From Anthoceros angustus (Eukaryota; Plantae; Anthocerotophyta), in the NCBI GenBank assembly GCA_010909165.1, contig MU008163.1, positions 2,108,001-2,172,000 of the forward strand: a stretch of DNA of 64,000 nucleotides, read 5' to 3'. Below are positions 1-12,190 of this stretch, piece by piece. Position 1 is the stretch's first letter, and each line of letters starts with the position of its first letter. The notes under the pieces were generated by a model. It had not been told where the DNA came from. It did no database searches and saw only the letters and a program-made list of their open reading frames with translations. Position numbers and translations under genes: made by a program.

Positions 1-3000
1 AAGAGAAGGACCTCACCAGCACCTTGCACTCCCCTTTCAGAGGCAACCAGAGGGGGCCACCTTAATGCAGTGGTCAGCCATTCAGAAACTGATAACTCCA
101 CATCTCTCGAGCAGCTTTCATCAGATTCCAAAATATTTTCCTTCAAGCTGGGTTCCTCAGAAATTCGCTTCCGTAAGACTGGCATCAAAACGGAAAGCAC
201 TAGTGGTAAGACCTTCAAATTTTCTTGCACAGACAGATTGCCTGGGCGATCTTGGAGAACATGCTCAGAGAATATCGCATATGCATCAACCTTAGCATCA
301 TGGCCTCCCCTTTCCAGCAAGGATCTTAAGAGGAGCAACAGTGCACGCAAAGGTGCACAACCAAAGTTATGGAGTTCATCTTCTCCGGTATCCCAGAGCA
401 TCCCAAAAGACTCGCTGCTTTCAGTCTTTGCAATTGCTGAAACGCCTTGAAATAGTGAGCAAACTGTCATATCACAGAGCTCTCGCTCCGGCGTTCCTAC
501 AGCAGCTTGCCCACACTCTTTCAAGAATGGTACTATGGACTGCATAGCCCCACCATTTGGCCACTGCCAGGTGCATAAAAGCTCTAACGCAAGCCACACT
601 CTGCAAGGTTTCTTCACCAAGTAGACTTGCTTGCCCAAAGTAATCTCTTGACCTGAGCAAGCCACATTCTCAGGCCTGGCTGCTTGTTGGAGCTTGGCAG
701 ACTGCACAGAATGGCTGAATAATACCAGGGCAGAAGGCAAAGAATCCACAAATGATGCGAACTGTCTGTGTGCGTCTTCCTGCAGAGGAGGCTCAGACAG
801 ATTAGTAGGCATCCTGGAATTGCGACTTTATCATGCTCACTGGACAACACGTGAAAGGCCAACATATTCAGCGACACAATTTTTTCAAGTGACAAAAGAA
901 AATGTTAAAAGAGACCACTATTGGTAATCATGAGAGAATGTAAGGAAAGAGTGTCAGACTACCTGATCCACGTCCTGTTTTCCTGGAGACCGTAACACTG
1001 ACATGCTCCCCGGTTTCTGGGAGCTACCATCTGTCCACCGAGGCCAGGAATCATTGGAAGCCAAAAGTAGCTCCATAGTTTCATCAAGGTCTTCCGCATC
1101 CTGACAGAAATTTTCACTCAGCTCCAAAGCCCAGCTTGCAGACCTGCGAATCAGTTGATGGCCTTCTTCATCGTCTTTTTCAAAGATTGCAAATCTTATG
1201 CACCTAGTCAAAATCCACCTTAGATGACTTTTACTGAAAGCACTTAGTTTCTCGTAGAAGGGTTGTGAAACTTTGTCAGTAATCACCTTCAGGGACTCCA
1301 AGAAGCCATTTCTGGCGTCCATCCCGACTTTAGACACAGGATCAGCAGCCTCACTGGCTGAGGCAATCTTAACACTGCTGCGTTCAGAACTATCTATGAA
1401 ATTGTCCTCGTCTGCTGCATCCACGTCACTTTCATACTCTTCAGACTCAATTCCTGCATTGTGCACGTGACTTGCATGTGCCCATTTGAGACAGTAGATT
1501 GTAGCAACAATGTTGGCAGAGATTTTGATATCGAAGTCTGTTGTTGAGAGAACACCAATACACTCTCCAATAACGTCCAGTGCGCACTTTGCCAGCACCC
1601 ACATATCATCTCCTGTGCAGGTTTCGTCCATCTCGTCATGTTGAAAACTTTCTACTAGAGTGGACGAGATAAGGGCTGATGCTTGTATCGCCCATTCGTA
1701 GTTTGTGTGTCTAAGTACGGCAAGCAGTCTGTCGAGGAGTCTGGTCAAAATTGATGTAGCTGCAGGGGTAGACACCATGAGGGTAGGGGTCTCTTTGCTT
1801 TCCAGTGCATGCCTGCAAAAGAACAAGCGACATATTTGTCATGGAGAGTAACTTTCCCCCAAATTGATGTATGTCAACTTCAGCTGACTGCAAATACACA
1901 TGACCCCCGAGTAATACTAAACTTTGCAGTCCTGACCTTAGAAGCTGGAGGCAAGACGGGTTCACTATGTCAGCACTCCTGGCAACAGAAACAATTGCTT
2001 TATCCAAAAACTCGGATCTGGACTTCTTTAGAAGAAGATTTGCTGCCTCAACTTCCCCCGAAACTGCAAGCTTGTTCACTTTCTGCCTCATACTTTGCAC
2101 CAACGCTGTTAAAGTCTCTATCTGCCTTGCTTCCAGCAACACTTCTCCTTCCTGTAATTGTTGTAGACTACTTACATACAGTAAGATATTGCTCCACTCT
2201 TCCTCAAAATTTTTCCACTCAACATAAGCAAGGAGTAACTCTATTTTACTGCCTAGATCTGGATTACCATCCAAACACCAGCACGTCAACTCTTGTAGGA
2301 ATAAAGTATCATGGGGTTCAACAACATCAATCGAGTCATCACCAGATCTATTACACCAAAGCCCAGAAAACGCATCTGGTCCATAAATAGCTGCGACCTT
2401 CGCCAAGACTTTCACAGCTTCAGAATGGCCCTGCATGAACAGGAACACACGTATTAGGTGGAATGTAAGCACTACTATTGCACTTGATACAGAATGATAT
2501 GCAGAATGGACTAAATTTTTTTAAGACCGCTTCCACTCTGCAACTCACCGATGACATAATTTCAGGGTAAACCTTGGTGATAATGGGTTGCACTACATGT
2601 GTCAAAGCCCAATTTTGTTTGCTTGGCTTACATGACAATCTCTTTGATGCAAGCAGTACGAAGAAATCTGAAAGACGAGATAAACACAAATCCTTGTCCC
2701 CTGTTTGCGATCTGTTCGCAACTGATCGGAATATAGAGGAACAAGAAGAGTGAAATTCTGGCCAAAAGGCCGTAACCAATCCACTGTCTTTTTCAACAAG
2801 GTATGTCAACAGATCCACGAAACAAGTTGCGAGCTCGCGATTGAACTGTTCTGGAAGCAACGCAATGACATCCGACTTGTCAAGGTGACCTTGCCTGGTG
2901 TTCTCACTGCTGGAAATTGCTAGCTGCTCTCCATGTTCTTGATGATGCCTGAAAATCCCATTATTCACATACTGGCACCATATGAATTTGAAGAGAACTA

Positions 3001-5279
3001 CTTCAATCAGATATTGCTGCACTTCTTTTGCACTGTTTCCATCCTCATCAGTGTATCTGCAAACCATAAACAGACTAAGTTAGTTGCGTCGGCGTAATGA
3101 ATGTCAAAAGCTGAGAAAGGATCTACGAGATAAAACTACAAAATTGACACAGACCTGGCAATGTTTGTCACAACCCAAATCAGACACTCCTGCAGCACCT
3201 GCAGCAGTGCCTGCCTGTCGACAGGTGAGAGTGAGCCTGAAAGAACTCCTTGCCATAGGCTACTGAAAAAATCATGGAAGAAGACTGGAGAAGGATAAAC
3301 AGCCACTGGAGGAACTAAGGACAACAGTACCAAAACGTACTGACGAGAAATCTGTTGTGAGCCATAGCAGCCATGCTTCAAGAAACCCCACAGACGTGGA
3401 AGAACGACTTTTCTGATTGTGACAACCTGCCATGCCTCAGGAAATGTACGTGCAAACAGAAGCACCATTTCCCACATAGGCTGATGACAGATAGTACTTT
3501 TTTCAACAAAAGATCCAAGGATAACTCCCACCACCATATCCTGGTCTGCAGCTGCAAAGAGCCCAGGCACATGTTGGATAAACGCGCGTAAGACCTGATA
3601 CGTAGCTGACCTTATCCCTGGCACTCCTGACTTCACAAACCCTTGAAAAAACTTGTGATTAAGGCACAGCCTTGAGGCCCTATCTGTTATGGATGCTTTA
3701 TTTGTCCTGGAACTGTCAGCCGTTGTCCCATCAGCAGCAACATTGCTGAAAGAAGATTTCACGGGACTGATAAGCACATCAAGAATTGCTGCTGTTGCTA
3801 ACAAGGAAGAAGAAATCACCTGCAGCATTAACCACCATTATGCTAAGACATGGTCAGCTTATGCATGGCTCCCAAATGAGGCTTAAACAGTGGAAAAGTA
3901 CACTTGCATACCCGCTCATACTTTTCTGTTGATTCGTCTATCGGACTTGACTTGTCTGAGATTGTTTGTGGTGTAAGCTTCAAGTTCTCGTCGAGATAGG
4001 TAAATATTTCATTCATGCTGTATATCAAAGCATCCACACGCTTGGTCTGGTTTGGAAATGCAAGCTGTTCTAGAAACACGCGTAACCAAGTCAGCTACTA
4101 TTCGCCATCTGATTCTGGTTAAAGCCACCATCAGCAAACAGAAGGGAAACGAATTGTCACCTGTAGCGAACGCTGTGCAGCTTCCGCCACCTCCCTAGAT
4201 GAGTCAAACTGGGAAACCCACCAAGCCCCCATCAAGGCACGCAAATGTGGAGCCAACCCTCTCCTGAAAATTTTGAACTCCATATTACTCATGGGAGTAG
4301 ACCCAGTCAAGAACCTCATGACCACATGTGCCTTGGCATGAAAAATGAGGAGGAAAGGGAGCCGCACCCAATGGCTGTCGCCAGATCAGACATTGCCTCA
4401 TGAGCACTCTCCCGCACTTGGCGGCTGCTGTCCTGTACTAAGCGTTTGTACTCAAAGATCTGCATCATAAGGACCGACAATTTGAGATGAGACAATTTCG
4501 GATATGCATACATCCGACATTTGAAAAACCTGCACCTCATGCATAGACGCCATCCAGGATGATAGGGCAGCCTGGTTTACACATACCCAAGGTGGCATGA
4601 GTGTTGCCAGCCCACTGCCTGGATGCTCTTTGAAAAAATTCCGCAATGCAGATAGTGCCTTCAGCTGCAGCAGGGCCACAATTGGAAAATGAGCAAACTG
4701 GATGAGAAAACCTAAGAAAACCACTTCGGATGCGAGGACAAGGACAGCCTGCCTTGGTTGTCGGATCCTTTTTAGATAAACGCCTTAAATGCAATGCAGC
4801 TTCCCCATCAACGTCCTGCACAGTTTTCACAGCGAGACTTCAGACTTCTAACGTTGCATGCATCCCACAAACCTTTCATAAGAGGAACTCCAGTTCCACA
4901 GATGAAGTCCTGAACCAGCCCGCAGGAGTAATTCACCAAATAAAACAAAATCATGAATCCGGTCACTGAGGGGCATGGCAATTGGTCGAGAAGCGAAAAT
5001 CAGCCTTACCACCAGCGCATCCCCATCAGAGCCAGGGACCGGCTCCACCCGTGTACTCCCTACATAGCCTCCAAATCCGAGTGACCCGGTACCAGAACCC
5101 TGCGCAAGTGATGCTGCCAAGCTGCATTCAGCAGGGCCACGTACCATGAGAATAAGAGCAATCCACCTTGAAGCAACAAGGATGAACGTAGTCGAGGTGA
5201 CCAGACAGGATTCACAAAATCACCTGCTGCTCGATGGTCTTGTCTTGCTACGCGCCGAATCCCCTTTAGCTTTCCCCAT
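1..5279 (-). CDS. LTN1: E3 ubiquitin ligase listerin (ribosome quality control), 5' part; multi-exon, continues off the left edge
   Basis: Spliced N-terminus reads MGKAKGDSARSKTRPSSS|SLAASLAQGSGTGSLGFGGYVGS..DVDGEAALHLRRLSKKDPTTK|LKAL..IFEYKRLVQDSSRQVRE..LAPHLRALMGAWWVSQFD, the conserved listerin N-terminal signature. HEAT-like exons follow (ORFs 3136-3828, 2420-3067, 1711-2472, 954-1826). The C-terminal RING is not in the window. Confidence 0.93.
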
Positions 5280-5594
5280 CCTGGCATGGCCTACGCAGCC
5301 TCTCGTGTCCTACTGCTCGAGGCACAGCAGAATTCAGAATTCCAGATGGGCAACTACTAGGTACATATCTTCAGATGTTGTGAAATTAGATTATGTACTT
5401 GATATTTGGAGGTGGAGTATAAATTAGAGCCCTAGGCCTAGCCTAGCCTAGCAGCAGGCAGGCGATTTATTGCGTTGCTTTGCAGCAGTTTCCAGTATTG
5501 GAATTTTGGACGCGTCGTGTTGCGAGGGCGAGGCTGGGCCAGCGTTACGCGTCCAAGCTCACGACTTTTGTCACGCCTGAAGCGCAGGCTCAAG

Positions 5595-6905
<1,311 letters not shown>

Positions 6906-7816
6906 GTCAGAGCTGGCCTCACTCTACAATGCTCATCCCAGCTGCTCGCAATCATGAATTTGCACTGTGAAGGCACCGTCTGTTGAGCATTTTTGTCTGG
7001 AAATGACCTTTAAGATTCTGGCTGTGTGGCTGTGCTGCAGCTATCGCATGCAGGTAATGCAGACTGCTGTGTATAACTCCGTGCTATGCCCATGTATCGC
7101 GGAGAGCAGCCTGAAGGGTGCATTCGCAGACAAAGTGGCCAACAAGGTCACACATCACCTTAGCACGTTGTAAATCTCAGGAGGTAGAAACGTTCGCTTG
7201 AATCTGTACCCACCATCTACGTACCCACCATCCTATGTACCTTGCTTTTCCTTCCTGTAAAGGGCATGGGTTGAGGTTCCATGCCCTTTTTGCGGTGCAT
7301 GTAGTCGGTGCCGACATTAGCTTTGATATAGACCTGAGGCACTAAATTCGTTTTTAGTTTTGATTAGGCATCAATGACCTGGACTGCGAGTGTCACTCGC
7401 TTCGTTGGAATTATAATCTTCTAAGCTTAAATCATAGTCATTGTTGTCATCAATACAAACTCATATGTAGGTTGTTAATGTATACCTTGGCCTTGTTGTG
7501 TATAGCCTGGCCTTGGGAAACGTCCGGATAGGTAGTGTGTTATAAGCCAGCGGTTGAAAGGATACTCTGTTGAAAGCCAGTTTCTGAAAGAACAGCGTGT
7601 TATAAGCCAGTAAGTTTGAACTAAAATTCTTTTCGCAGGACTCTGAAAGCAAAACGAAACTCAGAAACGGTTAGAACTACCTAGGTCTGTATGTACGTGT
7701 AAATATATAAATAAAAAAATATGAATAGATATAAGTACACTAAACGCTTTAGGAAGATGCAGCAGTCTCGGCCTTTGATGAGAGATCCAAATTGCATGAA
7801 GTGTCTCGCCGATCGA

Positions 7817-7963
7817 GTATAACGCACATCCCCCTCGGTAGGAGCCAAGGTCGTCAAAACCCAATAAATCCAGTGTAACGCACATCCCCCTCGGTAGGAG
7901 GAAGGTCGTCGAAACCCAGTATAACGCACATCCCCCTCGGTAGGAGGAAGGTCGTCAAAACCC
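7817..7963. repeat. Three tandem copies of a ~46-55 bp unit (GTATAACGCACATCCCCCTCGGTAGGAGGAAGGTCGTC..AAACCC)
   Basis: Near-identical units read directly, just downstream of the PPR stop; possibly a TE subterminal array. Confidence 0.9.
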
Positions 7964-8026
7964 GAAGAATCGGGCTTCCACGTACCACATTCATAATAAT
8001 TCCTACCAGCGTCCATTCAGAAACGG

Positions 8027-10759
8027 CTATCGGTGAGTGGGCAGTTGCCCTGAGGTTGCCCATGTATCTTCAGGCTCAGGACCCTCTATATCCCCAACCA
8101 CAAAACTATGCACCAGTCCGTCCAAGTCTGTCCACCAGCTCCGGCCTCGCTGCTTCCTTGCCCCAATGTCTTTTCTTCTCTCTTGCATCTCCTGTGCCTC
8201 TTCCCACATGTGGGCACTGCTATATATGTTGGACATAGACACATAGGCTGCAGCATCTTTCTCATTTAGTTTTATTGCTTCAGCAAAAGCACGGCGTCCC
8301 ACCTCCACGTTGCTCCATTTTTGGCAAGCACCCAGCAGAGTGTGCCAAACGGCATTGTGAGGCTGTACAGGCATAGTTTGCACTACCAACAGTGCCTCGT
8401 GAAGTTGGCCTGCACGACCCAAAAGATCCACCATGCATGAGTAGTGCTCGGCGGTGGCAGTGATCCCATAATGACTGCTCATGGCCTTGAAGTACTCTTG
8501 CCCCTTGTTCACTAGACCCACGTGACTGCATACAGTTAGTACACTGAGGAATGTGATGCTATCTGGCGCTGTGCCGTCCTCTTTCATTCTGCCAACCAAA
8601 TCGAAGACCACTTCACTATCCCCTTGACGTGTAAATCCTGCAATCAGTGCATTCCAGGTGACAACGTCTCTTTCGGGCAATGCATCAAACACCTGCTTGG
8701 CATCGCCCATGCTTCCAGACTTAGCATACATGTTTATCAAACTATTCCCTACAGTCACATCGGATTGCAGCCCTCGTTCTTCAACCTGTGAATGGAGCAG
8801 CCTTCCGGCATGCAAAGCTGCTGAACTTGCACATGCTTGCAGCAGGCACACAAACGTCAGACAATCCACTGGAATGATGCCTTCTTGTTGCATAGCACTG
8901 TAAAGCCGAAGAGCTTCCTGATCCACTCCCTGCTGGGAGTATCCTGCTATAAGAGTCGTCCACGCCACCACATCTTTTTGATGAAGCTGGTCAAACACGC
9001 TCTGAGCATTCTGGAGGCTGCCACACTTTGCATACATGTTCACCAAGCTGCAACCTACAATGACATCAGACTGAAGTCCTCTCTCTCTGATCTGTGCATG
9101 AAGCTGCTTCCCCTTCTCCAAAGCCAGGGCACCCACACTTGCACATGCCTGCAGGAGGCACACAAATGTAACAGAATCGGGTGGGGCAATGCCTTCACAC
9201 TGCATAGCCGAATAGAGACGAAGAGCTTCCTGACCCCTGCCTTGTTGCGAGTATCCTGCTATCATAGCATTCCATGTCACCCCATCTTTTTCAGGAAGTG
9301 TGTCAAACACGCTCTGAGCATCCCCTAAGCTGCCACATTTTGCATACATACTTACCATGCTGCAACCTAGAACCACGTCGACCTGAATTGCTTGTTTTCT
9401 GATCTGCGAATGAAGCTGCTTCCCTTCCTTCAAGGCTGAGGCACCCACGCTTGCACATGCCTGGAGGAGGCAAACAAATGTCACAGAGTCTGGTGCGGTG
9501 ATGCCTTCTTGTCGCATAGCACTGTATAGATGAAGGGCTTCCTGACACATACCCTGCTGGGAATATCCAGCTATTAGAGTGGTCCATGTCACCACATCCT
9601 TCTTATCACATCTTTGAAACAAACCGTGAGCATCCTCCAGGCTGCCACACTTCACGTACATGTTTATTAAGTTGTTGCCAACAGTCACATCAGCTTCAAG
9701 TCCCCGTTCTCGAATCTCTGCATGGAGACGCTTCCCCTCCTCCAAAGCCAGGATACCCATGCTTGCACATGCCTGCAGGAGGCACACAAATGTCACAGAA
9801 TCGGGTGCAGCAATCCCCTCTTGTTGCATAGCACTGTAAAGATGAAGGGCTTTATGACCCAGGCCCTGCTGGGAATATCCTGTCAACAAAGCATTCCAAG
9901 TCACCACATCTTTCCAAACAAGACCCTCGAACACCCTTTGAGCTTCTGACAGGCTACCTGCCTTTGCATACATGTCTACCAGGCAGTTGCCAACAAACAA
10001 ATCAGGCTCAACCCCACTGGCCCACAGGTCGGCATGCACCTCCTGCCCAGTTTTCAGGTCTCCCCCCCTTGCACATGCCTGTAAGGCTGCGACAAACACA
10101 TGACCATCTGGCTTCACGTCTGACCTGCGCATCTGCTGATACAGGTGTATTGCTTCCTTAGGTTGTCCGTGTCTAACATGAGCAGAAATTATGGAAGACC
10201 ACATGAAGGCATCTGGTTTGGCAACAACTGAAAAAACTTCCATAGCTTCTTGCAACCTGCCACGGGAAGCATACATACGCAGGATGTGGTTGCACAGGAA
10301 CGTGTCCGACTCATACCCACTTTGCACGGTGAGAGCATGAACCCGACGACCCAGAACCAGATCCTTCTTAGCCACACAAGCTTTCACGACAGCATAAAAC
10401 GGAGATCTGGAAATACGAGGGTCTGTCTGGACCAGAACTTCCAGAGCCTCAACTGCCTCTGTAAGCTGCCCCTGCTGACAGAGTCTGCTCAATGTGTCAG
10501 CAGTGACGCCCAATTCATGTCCTGTAGGCCTGCGAGGGTCACCATTACTCTGCAGGCTCGAGTTGGACGTAGGTCCCTGAAGGCCCATCTGCATATCCGG
10601 AGCAAGCAGCTGGTCATCCACCCAATCTGGCTTGAACATGATGCATTCCCTTGGAGGGGATGGGTTCCTTGCGAGACTGGTGCATCTCGCGGCTTCGTTG
10701 TTTAGCAGGGCTGGGCTCCTTAGAATCAGGTGACATGCAGCCATGATCCCCCGGAGCAC
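8027..10759 (-). CDS. PLS-class pentatricopeptide repeat protein with E1/E2 and WW-type PG box but no DYW deaminase domain (organellar RNA-editing specificity factor)
   Basis: Intronless 910-aa ORF with repeated P-L-S triplets (DVVTWNAL..GYSQQG / PDSVTFVCLLQACAS / VGNSLINMYAKCGSL), then HYSCMVDLLGRAG, E motifs (VWHTLLGAC..AAAYVSMSNIY) and KQRGRSWWTD..HSFVVGD. There is no HxE/CxxC before the stop. The start codon is uncertain. Confidence 0.93.
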   Translation of the reverse strand: MLRGIMAACHLILRSPALLNNEAARCTSLARNPSPPRECIMFKPDWVDDQLLAPDMQMGLQGPTSNSSLQSNGDPRRPTGHELGVTADTLSRLCQQGQLTEAVEALEVLVQTDPRISRSPFYAVVKACVAKKDLVLGRRVHALTVQSGYESDTFLCNHILRMYASRGRLQEAMEVFSVVAKPDAFMWSSIISAHVRHGQPKEAIHLYQQMRRSDVKPDGHVFVAALQACARGGDLKTGQEVHADLWASGVEPDLFVGNCLVDMYAKAGSLSEAQRVFEGLVWKDVVTWNALLTGYSQQGLGHKALHLYSAMQQEGIAAPDSVTFVCLLQACASMGILALEEGKRLHAEIRERGLEADVTVGNNLINMYVKCGSLEDAHGLFQRCDKKDVVTWTTLIAGYSQQGMCQEALHLYSAMRQEGITAPDSVTFVCLLQACASVGASALKEGKQLHSQIRKQAIQVDVVLGCSMVSMYAKCGSLGDAQSVFDTLPEKDGVTWNAMIAGYSQQGRGQEALRLYSAMQCEGIAPPDSVTFVCLLQACASVGALALEKGKQLHAQIRERGLQSDVIVGCSLVNMYAKCGSLQNAQSVFDQLHQKDVVAWTTLIAGYSQQGVDQEALRLYSAMQQEGIIPVDCLTFVCLLQACASSAALHAGRLLHSQVEERGLQSDVTVGNSLINMYAKSGSMGDAKQVFDALPERDVVTWNALIAGFTRQGDSEVVFDLVGRMKEDGTAPDSITFLSVLTVCSHVGLVNKGQEYFKAMSSHYGITATAEHYSCMVDLLGRAGQLHEALLVVQTMPVQPHNAVWHTLLGACQKWSNVEVGRRAFAEAIKLNEKDAAAYVSMSNIYSSAHMWEEAQEMQERRKDIGARKQRGRSWWTDLDGLVHSFVVGDIEGPEPEDTWATSGQLPTHR

Positions 10760-11246
10760 AGCTTGAGCCTCTCCTCTGGAATCAGGCCTGAAGCCACAAG
10801 CCTCCTCTGCTCCGCGGCAGGAGTGCAGGGTTTTTTGCCTTCAGGCTTGTCTGCTCTTGGCGGGACGTAGGTACCCTCCCTAACTGTAGCTACTGGATGG
10901 AGACCTGAGCCATACTCTAGCATAGGACGATGAAAAATGTAACATGCTCTACAGGAGTGACACAGCCTCTTGTGAATGAATTGGATGAGGACTACAATCA
11001 GGGTAGAATACCCAGTCTGGCTTTCAACAAATTCGACATTTGCCGCAGGTCTCTGAGACCTCGAAGAATGTGATGCTAAAGTATCAGTCCATCATGATGA
11101 ACGTTGAGTGAAGACCCCCTGAGGCCCATCATGCTTCCGTCCATCTCCCCAGCATGTCTGCTCATGTCCCATCAGGTCTATCAACTTGCCATTCGGCCAG
11201 CACTTTCCGAGCTTCAATCACGATGAGCCCAGTTGACAAGGGGGGA

Positions 11247-11910
11247 TCAAGGAGCGGAATCATCTTTCACGCCTTCTGACGGATCAGGCTCATGCTCATG
11301 CTCATCATCTAGAGTCCAGCTAAGAGCAACAGGAGTGCCAGCATGTGCCTCAAGGTTATCCTCCCCTCGATTGTCAAGCTCCTCATCAACCTCGGCTGTG
11401 CCCTGAACGGACCCTGGCTCCTGTTGCTCGTCTGCCAACTCCAGGCCCATAGCTTCTAGAATCTCCCGGTCGAATTCATCCTTCAGGCCACCATGAATGG
11501 TCAGACACGGATCACGAAAAGCAACTGGAGCACCGAGATAATTCTGCAGGGTGCCGTACTCTCTGTTCCTGCCGTTCTTTTTGGAGCTTGCCGACAACTG
11601 CAGTGTACACCTTCTCCTCCACCTGCACAAGTGGATGGACCAAGCCAGATTTCAGCAACGCGTTTCAAGAGGACCAGCTTGCAGCTCAATCTGGAAAGGC
11701 AGAGCTGGAAAGAGACCAATGACCTGAAGATGATGGAGTTCTTCAGCCATCCTCTTCTTTATCGACGCCAGACATCCAGCTTCCACCTCCAGCAACCTGT
11801 CCAAACATCAGACCTCTGGCACAAAACCAACTGAGGCAGCAAGACCAGCGAACACAAATTGCTCACCTCAGTAGCTGAGCTGAACTCAGTTTCTTGAAAC
11901 GATCGTCCAT
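11247..11910 (-). CDS. Small 4-exon protein (137 aa), putative SNAPC5/SNAP19-like subunit of the snRNA-activating complex
   Basis: Exons 11910-11867, 11796-11724, 11622-11560 and 11480-11247 are joined by three GT-AG introns (70, 101, 79 nt) in consistent phase. Protein: MDDRFKKLSSAQLLRLLEVEAGCLASIKKRMAEELHHLQVEEKVYTAVVGKLQKERQEQRDEFDREILEAMGLELADE.. plus an acidic tail. The gene model is well supported; family assignment is by recalled similarity only. Confidence 0.65.
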
Positions 11911-12190
11911 GTCTGCGCTACCTACCGCATCCGCTGACCCACTTAAACAAGGCCAGTCAATGGCGGGATTCGGCTGGCCATCGTCCGAGGTCTCGGGACA
12001 GTAAAGTGGTCAGAATATCTAAGCTAGAACGAATGTCCCGTTGTCTTCAAAAAGACTCTGGAGCTGTTGGGCTGTCCAGCAATCAGGAGAGCAAGGGGCA
12101 GCCAAACTCACCACCCCCACAGACTGGTAGCGCATGCCCCAGAGAACCCTCGCCCGCTTGCAGGTGTATGAAGGTCGTACCCAGATCAAA

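Noticed and set aside
7259-7291. Hairpin AAAGGGCATGG-loop-CCATGCCCTTT plus T-run as an intrinsic terminator or Helitron end
   Set aside because: Bacterial terminators are irrelevant here, and no clean CTRR end or Helitron 5' TC boundary was identified.
7817-7963. CRISPR-like repeat
   Set aside because: Spacers are absent or under 10 bp; it is an ordinary tandem repeat.
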